DNA from: Verrucomicrobiales bacterium
GTDB taxonomy: Bacteria > Verrucomicrobiota > Verrucomicrobiia > Verrucomicrobiales > V1-33
Direction of reading: 5' to 3'
DNA length: 23,287 nt
Assembly (NCBI GenBank): GCA_031411295.1
Contig: JANOAV010000005.1
Location: 1 to 23,287, forward strand
Numbering within the stretch: the first letter of the stretch is position 1; each line of letters opens with the position of its first letter. Shown here one piece after another: positions 14,885-23,287 of this stretch. The notes below the pieces were generated by a model. The model had not been told where the DNA came from. It searched no databases and saw only the letters and a list, made by a program, of their open reading frames with translations. The translations under genes and the position numbers were made by a program.

Positions 14885-16633
14885 TCATCGAGATGCCGAA
14901 GATTTAGGGGCGTGCTCCAGGCTGGATTTCAATCTCTGAATCTGACTCTCCTCTTTGAGTTGGGGCAGAAGATCCGCCGCTTCACGCCAGAGTTTCTGGT
15001 GGCACAGTTCCACGCCCAAGAAGCTCAATACCATTTCTCTGCGGTGCGGATCAGCTAGTGAACTGGCCCAGTCAACGGCCGCCGCTGTGTCCTGCTGGGC
15101 CCACATGCAGGCGACGTTGATATCGATCCAGAGCCGATCTATCACCAACGGATCCAAAGCTTCAGCCCAATGGGCTGCTGCGGGTGCGTCCATTTCAACA
15201 AATCGAAGCACGAAACCTTCCAATTCCGGATACCATTGTCTAGTGGAAGGGCCCACAGAACCGTGGCGATCCTTCGCCACTGCTGCGCAAATGTTCTGTA
15301 TTAATGCTGGAGAAATGGCACCTTGATTAGGGATTAACGGTATTTTTCTATCTAAAGGCAGATTGGCTAGAACCGACGATTGTTCAGCGAGAGGCAGCTT
15401 CTGCAGCACTTCCGCAAACCTTTGGTCCAGGATTAAACGCTTGGGGATTGTGTCAGGGTGCTTCAGCCAATCTCGGATCTCCGACTCCTTTGGGAACCAA
15501 CCATATTCCAGCTGTGATGACACTGTTTCCTGCTCCGCTGGCGGCAAGGCATCGATCAATTCTTTGACCGCTTCGAGTCCCTGAAATCTTGCCAGCGTCG
15601 TAATGAAAACAGTTTCCAGGCTGCTCACCTGAGATGCCTGCTTTAAATCCTTCCAGCGGCTCACGGCCGTTGCTGGGTTTTTGAGAATAAATTCCGACAT
15701 CGTGTAGGGAAGCTCCGTTTCGACATGGTCCCTGCTGAGTGGCTTGATTTGCGCCAGCCTAGTCAAAGCGGCATCGGGGTCAAACCTGGTCCAGCTTAAC
15801 AACCCATCATGAAATTGTGAATTACTCCCACTGTGGTCCTCTATCATCAGCTTCAGCATTAGCTCGGGGTCCTTAGTTCCGATGGCTCGATATGGCCCGC
15901 CTTTCCCCCAACTACCAAGCCGCTCGCACTTAAGCACTAACTGTAATGCCAACTGAGGATCCTCCTCTGCCACAGCTGCAGCCAGCGCGCGATATCGTTC
16001 TGCACGCACCCCCTGATCTCCTGCGCCCGTCTCCGCCATCTGCAATGCGGCAGATGGATCACGGTGATACAATGTCCCGATCCAGTGGTTTTGCTGCAAT
16101 GCTTCCGCATTACACAGTTCCTTAAGCAACGCATCACGCTGCGGGTGAGACGTCATCGCCAGGCCGCAGAGCAGGCTGGATCTGAGTGGGCTCTCTCGCT
16201 GCGCTTGAATCAGAGCCAGCATTTCATGAACCTTCTCTGGCGCGTAATACGCAGCCCATGTGACTCCGTCTTCCAAGCCGGAACTAGCGTTAGGAACGGG
16301 GAAATTGACCAGGGAAAACTTCACGGCCGCCACCGCATCAGCCGTCGCAAGCTTCTGGAAGCAGGCCATGCGGAACTCTGATCTGAAGTCGATCGGCAAG
16401 GGATGCTGCAACATGGCTTCTACTGATTGGCGATCCGCTGTTTCCAGCCAAGGCAGAAACTCAATTCTACGGTCAAAGGCCGAACCTTCCCGGAACTGGT
16501 AAGTCTTGCCAAGCCCATCCATTTCCTGAGGGCTGCCAGTAGCTGAAGTCAGCAGAGCGGCTGGCTTGAATTTGAATCCGGAAATTGCTGCAAGCAGGAA
16601 TATTCCCAGCGAGATAAATCCTTGTGCGTTCAT
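14885..16633 (-). CDS. Hypothetical N-terminally anchored alpha-helical repeat protein
   Basis: 582-aa ORF with an N-terminal hydrophobic segment and recurring DP.AAL/W..D..AA..W units (RDPSAAL, EDPQLAL, WTRFDPDAAL, WAQQDTAAAVDW). Its start overlaps the upstream stop codon (ATGA). Confidence 0.8.
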   Translation of the reverse strand: MNAQGFISLGIFLLAAISGFKFKPAALLTSATGSPQEMDGLGKTYQFREGSAFDRRIEFLPWLETADRQSVEAMLQHPLPIDFRSEFRMACFQKLATADAVAAVKFSLVNFPVPNASSGLEDGVTWAAYYAPEKVHEMLALIQAQRESPLRSSLLCGLAMTSHPQRDALLKELCNAEALQQNHWIGTLYHRDPSAALQMAETGAGDQGVRAERYRALAAAVAEEDPQLALQLVLKCERLGSWGKGGPYRAIGTKDPELMLKLMIEDHSGSNSQFHDGLLSWTRFDPDAALTRLAQIKPLSRDHVETELPYTMSEFILKNPATAVSRWKDLKQASQVSSLETVFITTLARFQGLEAVKELIDALPPAEQETVSSQLEYGWFPKESEIRDWLKHPDTIPKRLILDQRFAEVLQKLPLAEQSSVLANLPLDRKIPLIPNQGAISPALIQNICAAVAKDRHGSVGPSTRQWYPELEGFVLRFVEMDAPAAAHWAEALDPLVIDRLWIDINVACMWAQQDTAAAVDWASSLADPHRREMVLSFLGVELCHQKLWREAADLLPQLKEESQIQRLKSSLEHAPKSSASR

Positions 16634-18594
16634 GGCTTGATAAGATTCATTTCAGCGGCGGAAAATCCGCTGGATTGGAGGGCTTGTTCTGCTGCCACAC
16701 GGTCATGTCGCGCCCAGTTCGAGTAAGCCGCTTTAAGGTCTGATTTCCGAATCGCTGAGTTTTGAATTTTCAATGCGTAAGCGAATGCGTTGGCAGCCGA
16801 GTCGGGGGAAGAATTTAAGAAATACCAAACAACGCTATGCATGGCTGCATCCTTGCCAGAGCCCTCAGGCAGGCTGTCCACCCATAGCCGAATAGCCTCA
16901 GGATTATTCGGGTGGCTGTTGAACTGGAGTTCTACCATCCTCCTGATTCCGCCGGCTGCCACGGTTAGATTTGCCAGTCCGATGGCCAGGATTTTTCGCT
17001 CATCAAGCGGAGTTTCGGAGCATAATATTGCCGAGAACAACTCCTGCTGAGCCGCTGGGGGAAACGGTCTTGCCAGGAGAGCCCATGTTTCCGCGTTGGC
17101 GCTGACTCCACGTCGAGCAATCTCAGTGAGAGCGAACCCTTGAAGCGATTCCGGTATCTGCTGGGCATCGGCAAACTGAGAAACTAATGGTTTATCCATC
17201 GCAGAAAAATACCCTCTTACTAACGATATCTGGATACTCTTTTGTTGGTTCGCCAGCATTGCTGTCATCGCGTTGACTGATAGTCCACGGAGATATTCTT
17301 TCGTCAGTTGAGACAAGTCCACCTCCATGTCTGGAAACTGCCGCATTGCGCTGATGAATTTCTCTGGCTGCGAGCGCATGGCAACTCGGAGGACTTCCGT
17401 GTCTTTTGATAGCTTCAATAATCGAACCATGTCGCTGGCAGCAAGTCTCTCTACTAGGGGCGTCCAGTAGCGAGCTTCCTGCGGGAAGCTGTTTGATCGC
17501 GTTCTACTCCACTCCAGCCTGATAGACTTTGGGGGCAGATCACCCAGCCCTTCCACCAAACTCCACGCCGTATCAATGTCAGCGCCTGCCGCAATCGCTG
17601 CGGTGATCTGTTTCTGCTCAGGCCCTTTGGGAAACTGGGCTGCGTAGGCTTTTGCAGCATTAACATCCCGTTTCCCCCAATCAGTCAAACATCGCAACTT
17701 TAGCGAATTGCTCATTTCGCTTCGAGGCATTTTGAGAATTTCCGCCCGCACTGTTTCTGGGGATTTATCGAGTAGCTCCGGCAGCAGGCCTTCCCAGAGT
17801 TCCCTCTGCGAATTTGTGGGGACAGTCGTGGTGATGAATTTTGTGGCCGCAGCTACGTCTTGAGCTATTAGGTGCCGGACGATGATGCTATAGGCGTTGG
17901 AAAACCGTAAAGAATTCCTGGTGAAGGCCTCCACAGCTTGGGCAGGAGACTGCTCCACATAGCTCTCCAAGATGCGTTCCAAAGTTTGCCTGCACTCATA
18001 GCTGACCAGCAATTCTCTTGGCAGCGCGACAGCCAGCGCGTAAGCCCTCGCAGCATCTTTGGAACTGACGCCACCGAGAACGCAGAGTGTAGCTGTCGGG
18101 GAGAGTTCTGCGGCAACAGTTAGGGCGGCTTCTGGGGCTACCTTACCCCAGGCTTCCAGACATGCGCCCGAGGCAGATTGGGCATCGCCTGGCAGGACCT
18201 CTAAATATCCGTCTGCTTTGCGGGCGGCGGCCCATGCGGCTTCCGGTGCCACAACCACCCAGCGCTCCATCAGCAGTCGCACTTCCAACTGGAGACCCCC
18301 CTCCGTCCGTGTTCCCAGCCGGTGCAAAATATCATTTCCTAATGTGGCTAGCCCGTCAGCAGTTGCTTCAGGCAGGTATCTGCAAAGTTCAGGATAACGC
18401 ACCCCGGGATTGGCATTGAGCACACCCTTGATCGTTGGTGTCTGGGTTGAATCCCGGATGGGGCTTGTTTTCCCCAATGGTTTGTTCTCTCGGAGCGTTG
18501 AGGCCCAAGACCCCAAGCTGAAGCCCAGAACCGTGATCAACACCCATCGTAAGCTTCGATGAATGAGTGAACCGGAATTCTTAGGAGTGGGCAT
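16630..18594 (-). CDS. Hypothetical N-terminally anchored alpha-helical repeat protein
   Basis: 654-aa ORF with a TM segment (WVLITVLGFSLGSWA) and repeats WVVVAPEAAW, WGKVAPEAAL, WGKRDVNAAK and WARHDRVAAE. Confidence 0.8.
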   Translation of the reverse strand: MPTPKNSGSLIHRSLRWVLITVLGFSLGSWASTLRENKPLGKTSPIRDSTQTPTIKGVLNANPGVRYPELCRYLPEATADGLATLGNDILHRLGTRTEGGLQLEVRLLMERWVVVAPEAAWAAARKADGYLEVLPGDAQSASGACLEAWGKVAPEAALTVAAELSPTATLCVLGGVSSKDAARAYALAVALPRELLVSYECRQTLERILESYVEQSPAQAVEAFTRNSLRFSNAYSIIVRHLIAQDVAAATKFITTTVPTNSQRELWEGLLPELLDKSPETVRAEILKMPRSEMSNSLKLRCLTDWGKRDVNAAKAYAAQFPKGPEQKQITAAIAAGADIDTAWSLVEGLGDLPPKSIRLEWSRTRSNSFPQEARYWTPLVERLAASDMVRLLKLSKDTEVLRVAMRSQPEKFISAMRQFPDMEVDLSQLTKEYLRGLSVNAMTAMLANQQKSIQISLVRGYFSAMDKPLVSQFADAQQIPESLQGFALTEIARRGVSANAETWALLARPFPPAAQQELFSAILCSETPLDERKILAIGLANLTVAAGGIRRMVELQFNSHPNNPEAIRLWVDSLPEGSGKDAAMHSVVWYFLNSSPDSAANAFAYALKIQNSAIRKSDLKAAYSNWARHDRVAAEQALQSSGFSAAEMNLIKP

Positions 18595-18652
18595 ATCACT
18601 GAGACGTCACGAATCATGATTTATTCACTGCAAAATGCCCGCATTCCTGAAA

Positions 18653-21600
18653 TTACGGTCCGCCCACGGGTTGTGCGTGGGCGGCATTGGTGGCGGGTTC
18701 GTAGAGGTCGGCTTGGAGGAAGTCGGTGGTGCGCACGGTGTGGTCCCAGACGATGGTCAGAGTGTGTTTGCCGGCGGGGGCATCGAATTCGGCTTGGTTC
18801 TTTTCTAGGGCGATTTCTTTGTCGCCCACGAACAAATGCATGGCGGTGGCGTCGTTGACTTTCAGACCGAGCTTGCCGGGGGTGGAAACTTCAATTTCAG
18901 CCTGGGCGGCGGACATGTTATGGACGAAGACCTTCAACTTGGGGACATCGGCTGATAGCAGTTTGCCGTTTACTAACGTGTAGGCCGGAGTCCATGGGAA
19001 GTCCGCATGGGGCTGGCCCAAGGCACGCCAGCCGTCTTTGTTCATGGGGACGTCCAGGACTTTGTCGTAGTTGAGCACTCGCCAGCGGCGGATGGTGCCC
19101 TCTCCCTTGATCTTGTAATCACCTTCTTTTCCTAACTCGGATAGGAAACGCACCAGATCCACGAATTCATCATGCCGCAACGAGGCGGTGAGCCCCGGTG
19201 GCATCAGAGAGACGGGAACGTTGTCTTGTTTGGCAATTTGGTTTTTCTGGACTTGGGTCACTTTACCGGTGGCATCGCGCATGGTTAGCTGGGTGTCGGA
19301 TTGGGCACTGAGGAAGCCGGTCACCACTTCACTGTTCTTCAAGGTCACCAGCGTGGTGGCATAGCCTTCCTTAATTTTCTTGCTGGGCTCTAACAAGGAC
19401 TCCACAATGTAATCAACGGGGGCACTGGAACCCAGGCTCACCAAGTTAGGTCCGATGATACCACCCGCAGCCCCAATGGCATGGCAAGTGGCACACGTCA
19501 GTCCAGCGCGACGATAAATTGCCTCGCCCCGGGCGGCATTCCCTGCGCTCTTCACTTCGGCCATCAGGGCATTCATTTGTTCTGGGGTGAGCTGCTGCGC
19601 CATCGGTTGCAAGCCACCGGCAGCGGTTAGGGCCGCTTGGAGATCTGCGGTGTTGGTGCCGGCCGCGGCGGCTTTTTGCACGCCAGCAGTGGCGATGGCG
19701 GCGGGGATTTTTTGGTCTTTCAAAGCGCCCGCCAAGGCGGCAGGGCCGGTGGTGGATTTCAGGAAACTGTTGATCAAGGTGGCGCCTAACTCAGGTTTAT
19801 CACCCAGGGTGCCGAGCAATTTCACGGCAGCAGCAGCGGTCCCGGCGGGGTTGCCCGCAGCCAGCAGTGCCAGCGCCTGCACTTTGATGTCTGGAGTGGC
19901 AGCAGTCTCGGCCAATTGTTTCAGGAAATCATTTCCGCCCATGGCTGCCAGTCCTTCCAGCGCCCCTTGACGCACTTCGGCAGACGTGGCGGCAGCACTG
20001 GCTAGTGTTTCCAGTGGCGCACGCGCGGATGCTTGTTTCCACGCACCCGCCAGACGCGCAGCGGCCGCTTGCAGGGCGGCAGGGCCGCTGGTGAGCAGGC
20101 TTTCGATGCGATTCAACTCGCCCGTGGGCTTGAGTTTCCGTTGTTTGAAAGCAGTAGTTAGGGAGTTCAGGACTTCAGCGCGCTGGGCTTCGGGCAGCTT
20201 CTGGGTATCGGCCGCCAACTCCAGCAGCAGGGTGAGATCATCCGGCTGACCGGCTTCGGAAATGAACTGCAACAGTGGGAAAACGCGATCTTGGGGGATC
20301 TTGCTTTCACGGATCAATTTCACCAAGCCACTGGCGGCCTGTGGCTTGTGGGAGGCGGCCTTCAGCGCGAAGGTGAGTTGATTTACATCTGTTCCAAAAG
20401 TGATTTTCCCATCCTGAAACGCTGGCAGCCAGAGATCGGCAAGTTCCCATGCAGTGAGCCACAGCGCATAGTCCAGATTCACGTCCAAAGGCTGTTTGAT
20501 GGCCGTCATGGCCAGTTCCACTGCGGCGGGAGTTTCCACTGCGCGCAGGCCGTTCACGGCCTCCAAGCGAACGCGGGGATGCGCGTCCGCCACGGCTTTG
20601 GTCAATGTTTCCATGACAAATGCGGAGACTTGGTGCGGTTTCGCTAACGCCTTGGCGGTTCCGACTTCAGCCACGGCTAAATTTCGCGCATAGCGCACCA
20701 CAGCGGCCCGGGCGCGACCATCGGAGTAAGTAAACTTATTTTTCAAGGGACCGATTGGGCCATCAGTAGCGTGACCATCTGCGGAGGCGAAGAGTTGCTT
20801 CGCCAGTGTCATGGCAAGTTCCGGTGCGTCGAACAGAGTTTGGGCTGCGTTGAATTGCTCCAGACGCTCCAGCGTGCTGGCTTCGTCCGTGGGAGGATTG
20901 GCGCTCACGGCAGTGAGGGCCGCCACAGCATCCGCGTGGGGCCGCGTCTTCAGTTCCTGCTTCGCCCAGTAGCGGATTTGATCCTCAGGTTCGCGTAACA
21001 AGGCGACGAGCTCAGGCGCGGAAAGTTTCTCGTAGTTTGGCACTTTCGCCAGGGGCCGATCTTTCCCTGTAATGCGCCAGATCCGGCCATGGACATGGTC
21101 CCGACGCTCGTCGCGGAAGTCCACTTCGCCATGTTGAATGATGGGATTATACCAGTCCGCCAAATACAATCCACCATCGGGCCCCGTGCGCACATCGACC
21201 GGACGGAACGATCCGTGAGTGGTGGTCACCACATCTTCCGTCTGCTGCGAAGAGTAACCGCTACCGTCCTCGCGCAGCTTGAAACGATTCACCCGATGCC
21301 CCCGGAAGTCGTTGGTGATCACGCTGCCCTGCCAGTCATCTGGAAAATTCCGGCTGTTGACGACTTCCAATCCCGCTTGTTTCGGCTGGCCGGGATTCAT
21401 GCCCTTGAGGATGCGCGGACGTTGATCTGGCAAGCAGCGGAAGGTAGCTCCCGGCCAGGCAAAGTTGATGCCCTCACCATAAGCGCCATCGGTGGTGAAA
21501 CTTTGCCCCCACCGATCCCAGATGTGCCCCCAGGGATTGACCTGTCCCAACGTGAACATTTCCAACTGCCCGGTCTCTTGGCGATACTGCCAAATTCCGC

Positions 21601-22234
21601 TGCCTAACATGCGTCGGGTGCCGAACGGAGTCTCGATGTGGCTGTGAATGTAAACCGACTGATTGATATACAAACAGCCGTCGGGCGCGCCCTTGAAGCT
21701 GTGGATGATGTGGTGGGTGTCCTCCGTGCCGAAGCCGCTGAGCACGATCTGCTTATCGTCGGCCTTGCCGTCACCATTGGTATCCCGCAGCAGGAGCACT
21801 TCCGTGGAGTTGGCCACATAGGCGGCATTGTAGCGCCCAGGAGCGCCTGCTGGAAGGCTGGCATCAATGATCGGCCAGACCCCGGTCGGAACCAGCAGTC
21901 CATCGTAAAACACCGTCGATTTATCCGCCTTGCCGTCACCATTGGTGTCTTCGAGCACAATGATTTTGTCATCCGCCGTGGAACCGGGTTTCACCTGCGG
22001 ATAAATGGCGCTGCTGGCCACCCACAAGCGACCGCGCGCATCCCATGCCATTTGAATCGGTTTGGCAATCATGGGATCGGACGCCCAGAGATTCAATTGC
22101 AAACCCGGAGCCAGTTTCATGGACGCCTGTTCGACGTCAGGATTGGTATCAGGAATGTCCTTGAGGTCGCGCTGGGCAAACGACAGCACGGGGAGACAGG
22201 CAAGGATTAGTGAGGGAAATTTTAGCGAAGACAT
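18653..22234 (-). CDS. PVC-type heme-binding CxxCH protein (sorbosone-dehydrogenase-like propeller, HEAT repeats, cytochrome c)
   Basis: Signal peptide; KPIQMAWDARGRLWV; FRPVDVRTGPDGGLYLADWYNPIIQH; HEAT repeats (DAHPRVRLEAVNGL); GNAARGEAIY..CATCH (19481-19495)..GPNL; ESLLEPSKKIKEGY; SLMPPGL. Confidence 0.92.
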   Translation of the reverse strand: MSSLKFPSLILACLPVLSFAQRDLKDIPDTNPDVEQASMKLAPGLQLNLWASDPMIAKPIQMAWDARGRLWVASSAIYPQVKPGSTADDKIIVLEDTNGDGKADKSTVFYDGLLVPTGVWPIIDASLPAGAPGRYNAAYVANSTEVLLLRDTNGDGKADDKQIVLSGFGTEDTHHIIHSFKGAPDGCLYINQSVYIHSHIETPFGTRRMLGSGIWQYRQETGQLEMFTLGQVNPWGHIWDRWGQSFTTDGAYGEGINFAWPGATFRCLPDQRPRILKGMNPGQPKQAGLEVVNSRNFPDDWQGSVITNDFRGHRVNRFKLREDGSGYSSQQTEDVVTTTHGSFRPVDVRTGPDGGLYLADWYNPIIQHGEVDFRDERRDHVHGRIWRITGKDRPLAKVPNYEKLSAPELVALLREPEDQIRYWAKQELKTRPHADAVAALTAVSANPPTDEASTLERLEQFNAAQTLFDAPELAMTLAKQLFASADGHATDGPIGPLKNKFTYSDGRARAAVVRYARNLAVAEVGTAKALAKPHQVSAFVMETLTKAVADAHPRVRLEAVNGLRAVETPAAVELAMTAIKQPLDVNLDYALWLTAWELADLWLPAFQDGKITFGTDVNQLTFALKAASHKPQAASGLVKLIRESKIPQDRVFPLLQFISEAGQPDDLTLLLELAADTQKLPEAQRAEVLNSLTTAFKQRKLKPTGELNRIESLLTSGPAALQAAAARLAGAWKQASARAPLETLASAAATSAEVRQGALEGLAAMGGNDFLKQLAETAATPDIKVQALALLAAGNPAGTAAAAVKLLGTLGDKPELGATLINSFLKSTTGPAALAGALKDQKIPAAIATAGVQKAAAAGTNTADLQAALTAAGGLQPMAQQLTPEQMNALMAEVKSAGNAARGEAIYRRAGLTCATCHAIGAAGGIIGPNLVSLGSSAPVDYIVESLLEPSKKIKEGYATTLVTLKNSEVVTGFLSAQSDTQLTMRDATGKVTQVQKNQIAKQDNVPVSLMPPGLTASLRHDEFVDLVRFLSELGKEGDYKIKGEGTIRRWRVLNYDKVLDVPMNKDGWRALGQPHADFPWTPAYTLVNGKLLSADVPKLKVFVHNMSAAQAEIEVSTPGKLGLKVNDATAMHLFVGDKEIALEKNQAEFDAPAGKHTLTIVWDHTVRTTDFLQADLYEPATNAAHAQPVGGP

Positions 22235-22393
22235 GGGTCGTTATACTGGACTTTTCCCAGAGCGACGCAAGGAATCGCCTCCGACGTGAAAGCGGAGCGA
22301 AATGCCGGCGTGTTGATCAGTCGGTTCGACTGATCCAGCTTCAATGATCCATTGCGGCCATGCGTCTCAATTTAGCGTGGCCTGCGACCGGCT

Positions 22394-23014
22394 TCAAAGT
22401 TTGATGCTAGCAGGGCACAAAAACAACAGATCATCAGCCAACGCTTTAAACGCAGGACACTTTTGATAGACGATCTCAGGATTTAGTTTCGCTAAGAGTT
22501 TCGTTCCTTCGACTACTTTTTTGTAGTCTTTCCGTAATGTTTCCCGGTAGAGCTTGTTTAAGAGCTTAGCCGGCGGCTCATCGAAATTAATCGTCTCAGG
22601 CTGCGTTGCTTTGCTGGGAAGTCGGTTTTTTACTGCTGGCGGTAATATCTCGGGTTGGCTTAGCACCCATGCTTCGACTTCGTGAATCGCAAAGTGATGG
22701 CGGTAACGCGCATCTTGGACACGACCTTGCATGAACTCCATTCCCCACAGTTTACGCTCGGTAGCTGATGTCAAATTCGATGGATAAAAAGTTGGACCAT
22801 ACAAATCCAGCAAGGAAATCACACCTAGAACGTCTGGATCGATCAGATAGTTTGCTGCCTTTTTTGGGGTGTCTGCCACGAGCTGCGGCCAACCATCGAA
22901 GCGCACCCGCTTAAATCCCACCCGTTGGGAGAGTCGAGGATTAAGCCACCGACTCAACAGATCCGCCATGACGGCACGCTCGGTATATCCTTCGCAAAAA
23001 ACTACAAATCTCAT
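22394..23014 (-). CDS. DUF4276 family protein (TOPRIM-like)
   Basis: MRFVVFCEGYTE at ATG 23014, then LLDLYG, HEVEAW, PETIN..PPAKLL, YKKVVEG and CPAF, which is the DUF4276 pattern. It has an ATGA overlap with the upstream gene. Confidence 0.85.
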   Translation of the reverse strand: MRFVVFCEGYTERAVMADLLSRWLNPRLSQRVGFKRVRFDGWPQLVADTPKKAANYLIDPDVLGVISLLDLYGPTFYPSNLTSATERKLWGMEFMQGRVQDARYRHHFAIHEVEAWVLSQPEILPPAVKNRLPSKATQPETINFDEPPAKLLNKLYRETLRKDYKKVVEGTKLLAKLNPEIVYQKCPAFKALADDLLFLCPASIKL

Positions 23015-23148
23015 GGCACCATTTCCTCCAATTCCCCACTCCTGTGCAATGCCCCGAGCGAATAGTTTTCTAACCATCGGCCCAGCTTATCCTCATCAAG
23101 GACGTGCAGTCTCGTTTCTCCATCGATCCGTTGCACGACTGTGGTTAA
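23011..23148 (-). pseudogene. 3' fragment of an AAA_21/ABC-type ATPase gene interrupted by an IS
   Basis: LTTVVQRIDGETRLHVLDEDKLGRWLENYSLGALHRSGELEEMVP* resembles the C-terminal tail of the ATPases that precede DUF4276 genes. The ORF-track sequence upstream of 23148 is the IS read antisense. Confidence 0.7.
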
Positions 23149-23287
23149 GAACCTGTCCGGTAATTTTGAAAAAGGGCCATAATGGGGTAGGGTAAGGAAT
23201 GAGAAAAAGCTACCCGACAGATGTGAGTGACAAGGAATGGGCGTTACTGGAGCCACTATTTTGCCCACCAGGGGCGGCCCGCAAAGC
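23149..23287 (+). mobile_element. Left end of an IS5-family (IS1031-like) insertion sequence
   Basis: TAA (23146-23148, a TWA-type target) is followed by GAACCTGTCCGGTAA, a GA(A/G)-starting terminus, and the transposase starts 50 bp inside. The right end lies outside the window. Confidence 0.75.
23199..23287 (+). CDS. IS5-family transposase, N-terminus (partial, absent from the ORF track)
   Basis: Translated by hand as MRKSYPTDVSDKEWALLEPLFCPPGAARK, matching the YP(S/T)D(L/V)(T/S)DxEWxLLEPL start of IS5/DUF4096 transposases. TAAGGA lies directly before the ATG. Confidence 0.88.
   Translation, partial: MRKSYPTDVSDKEWALLEPLFCPPGAARK

Noticed and set aside
21762..21946. Exact 20-bp direct repeat GCCTTGCCGTCACCATTGGT (21762-21781 and 21927-21946)
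   Set aside because: Both copies encode the repeated TNGDGKA loop of the heme protein. There are only two copies, so it is not a CRISPR array or a mobile-element repeat.
22315..22335. Hairpin GATCAGTCG-GTT-CGACTGATC downstream of DUF4276
   Set aside because: The 9-bp stem is real, but there is no U-tract, GTAG/GGAG foot or second copy, so no function can be assigned.
23011..23268. 85-aa ORF as an intact gene
   Set aside because: The first 40 codons are the antisense strand of the IS end and transposase. Only the last 45 codons look native.
1..23287. CRISPR array, tRNA/rRNA genes, prophage, retron or DGR
   Set aside because: I saw no regularly spaced repeats, structural RNA signatures, phage genes or reverse transcriptase. 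A covariance-model search was not possible.

Overview
Bacterial chromosomal window of about 55-60% GC by eye. The gene content (PVC-type heme protein, WD40 Ser/Thr kinase, alpha-helical repeat proteins) points to a Verrucomicrobiota/PVC organism. Left to right: palindromic REP-like elements; a secreted beta-helix carbohydrate-active protein; an MgtC/SapB protein; a GH71/99-like hydrolase; ilvD; a HIT protein; a co-directional three-gene module (ECF sigma factor, secreted beta-helix protein, membrane Ser/Thr kinase with WD40 propellers); an AlkD-like protein; two coupled alpha-helical repeat proteins; a PVC-type CxxCH heme protein; and a DUF4276 gene whose upstream AAA/ABC ATPase partner is interrupted by an IS5-family (IS1031-like) element at the right edge. 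The strongest unexplained signal is an identically spaced motif, GCTGCAAGAT-N15-(C/A)GAT, upstream of both the ECF gene and the surface-protein gene. It suggests a self-contained kinase-ECF signalling unit that carries its own target gene. All family assignments come from motif recognition, not database searches.
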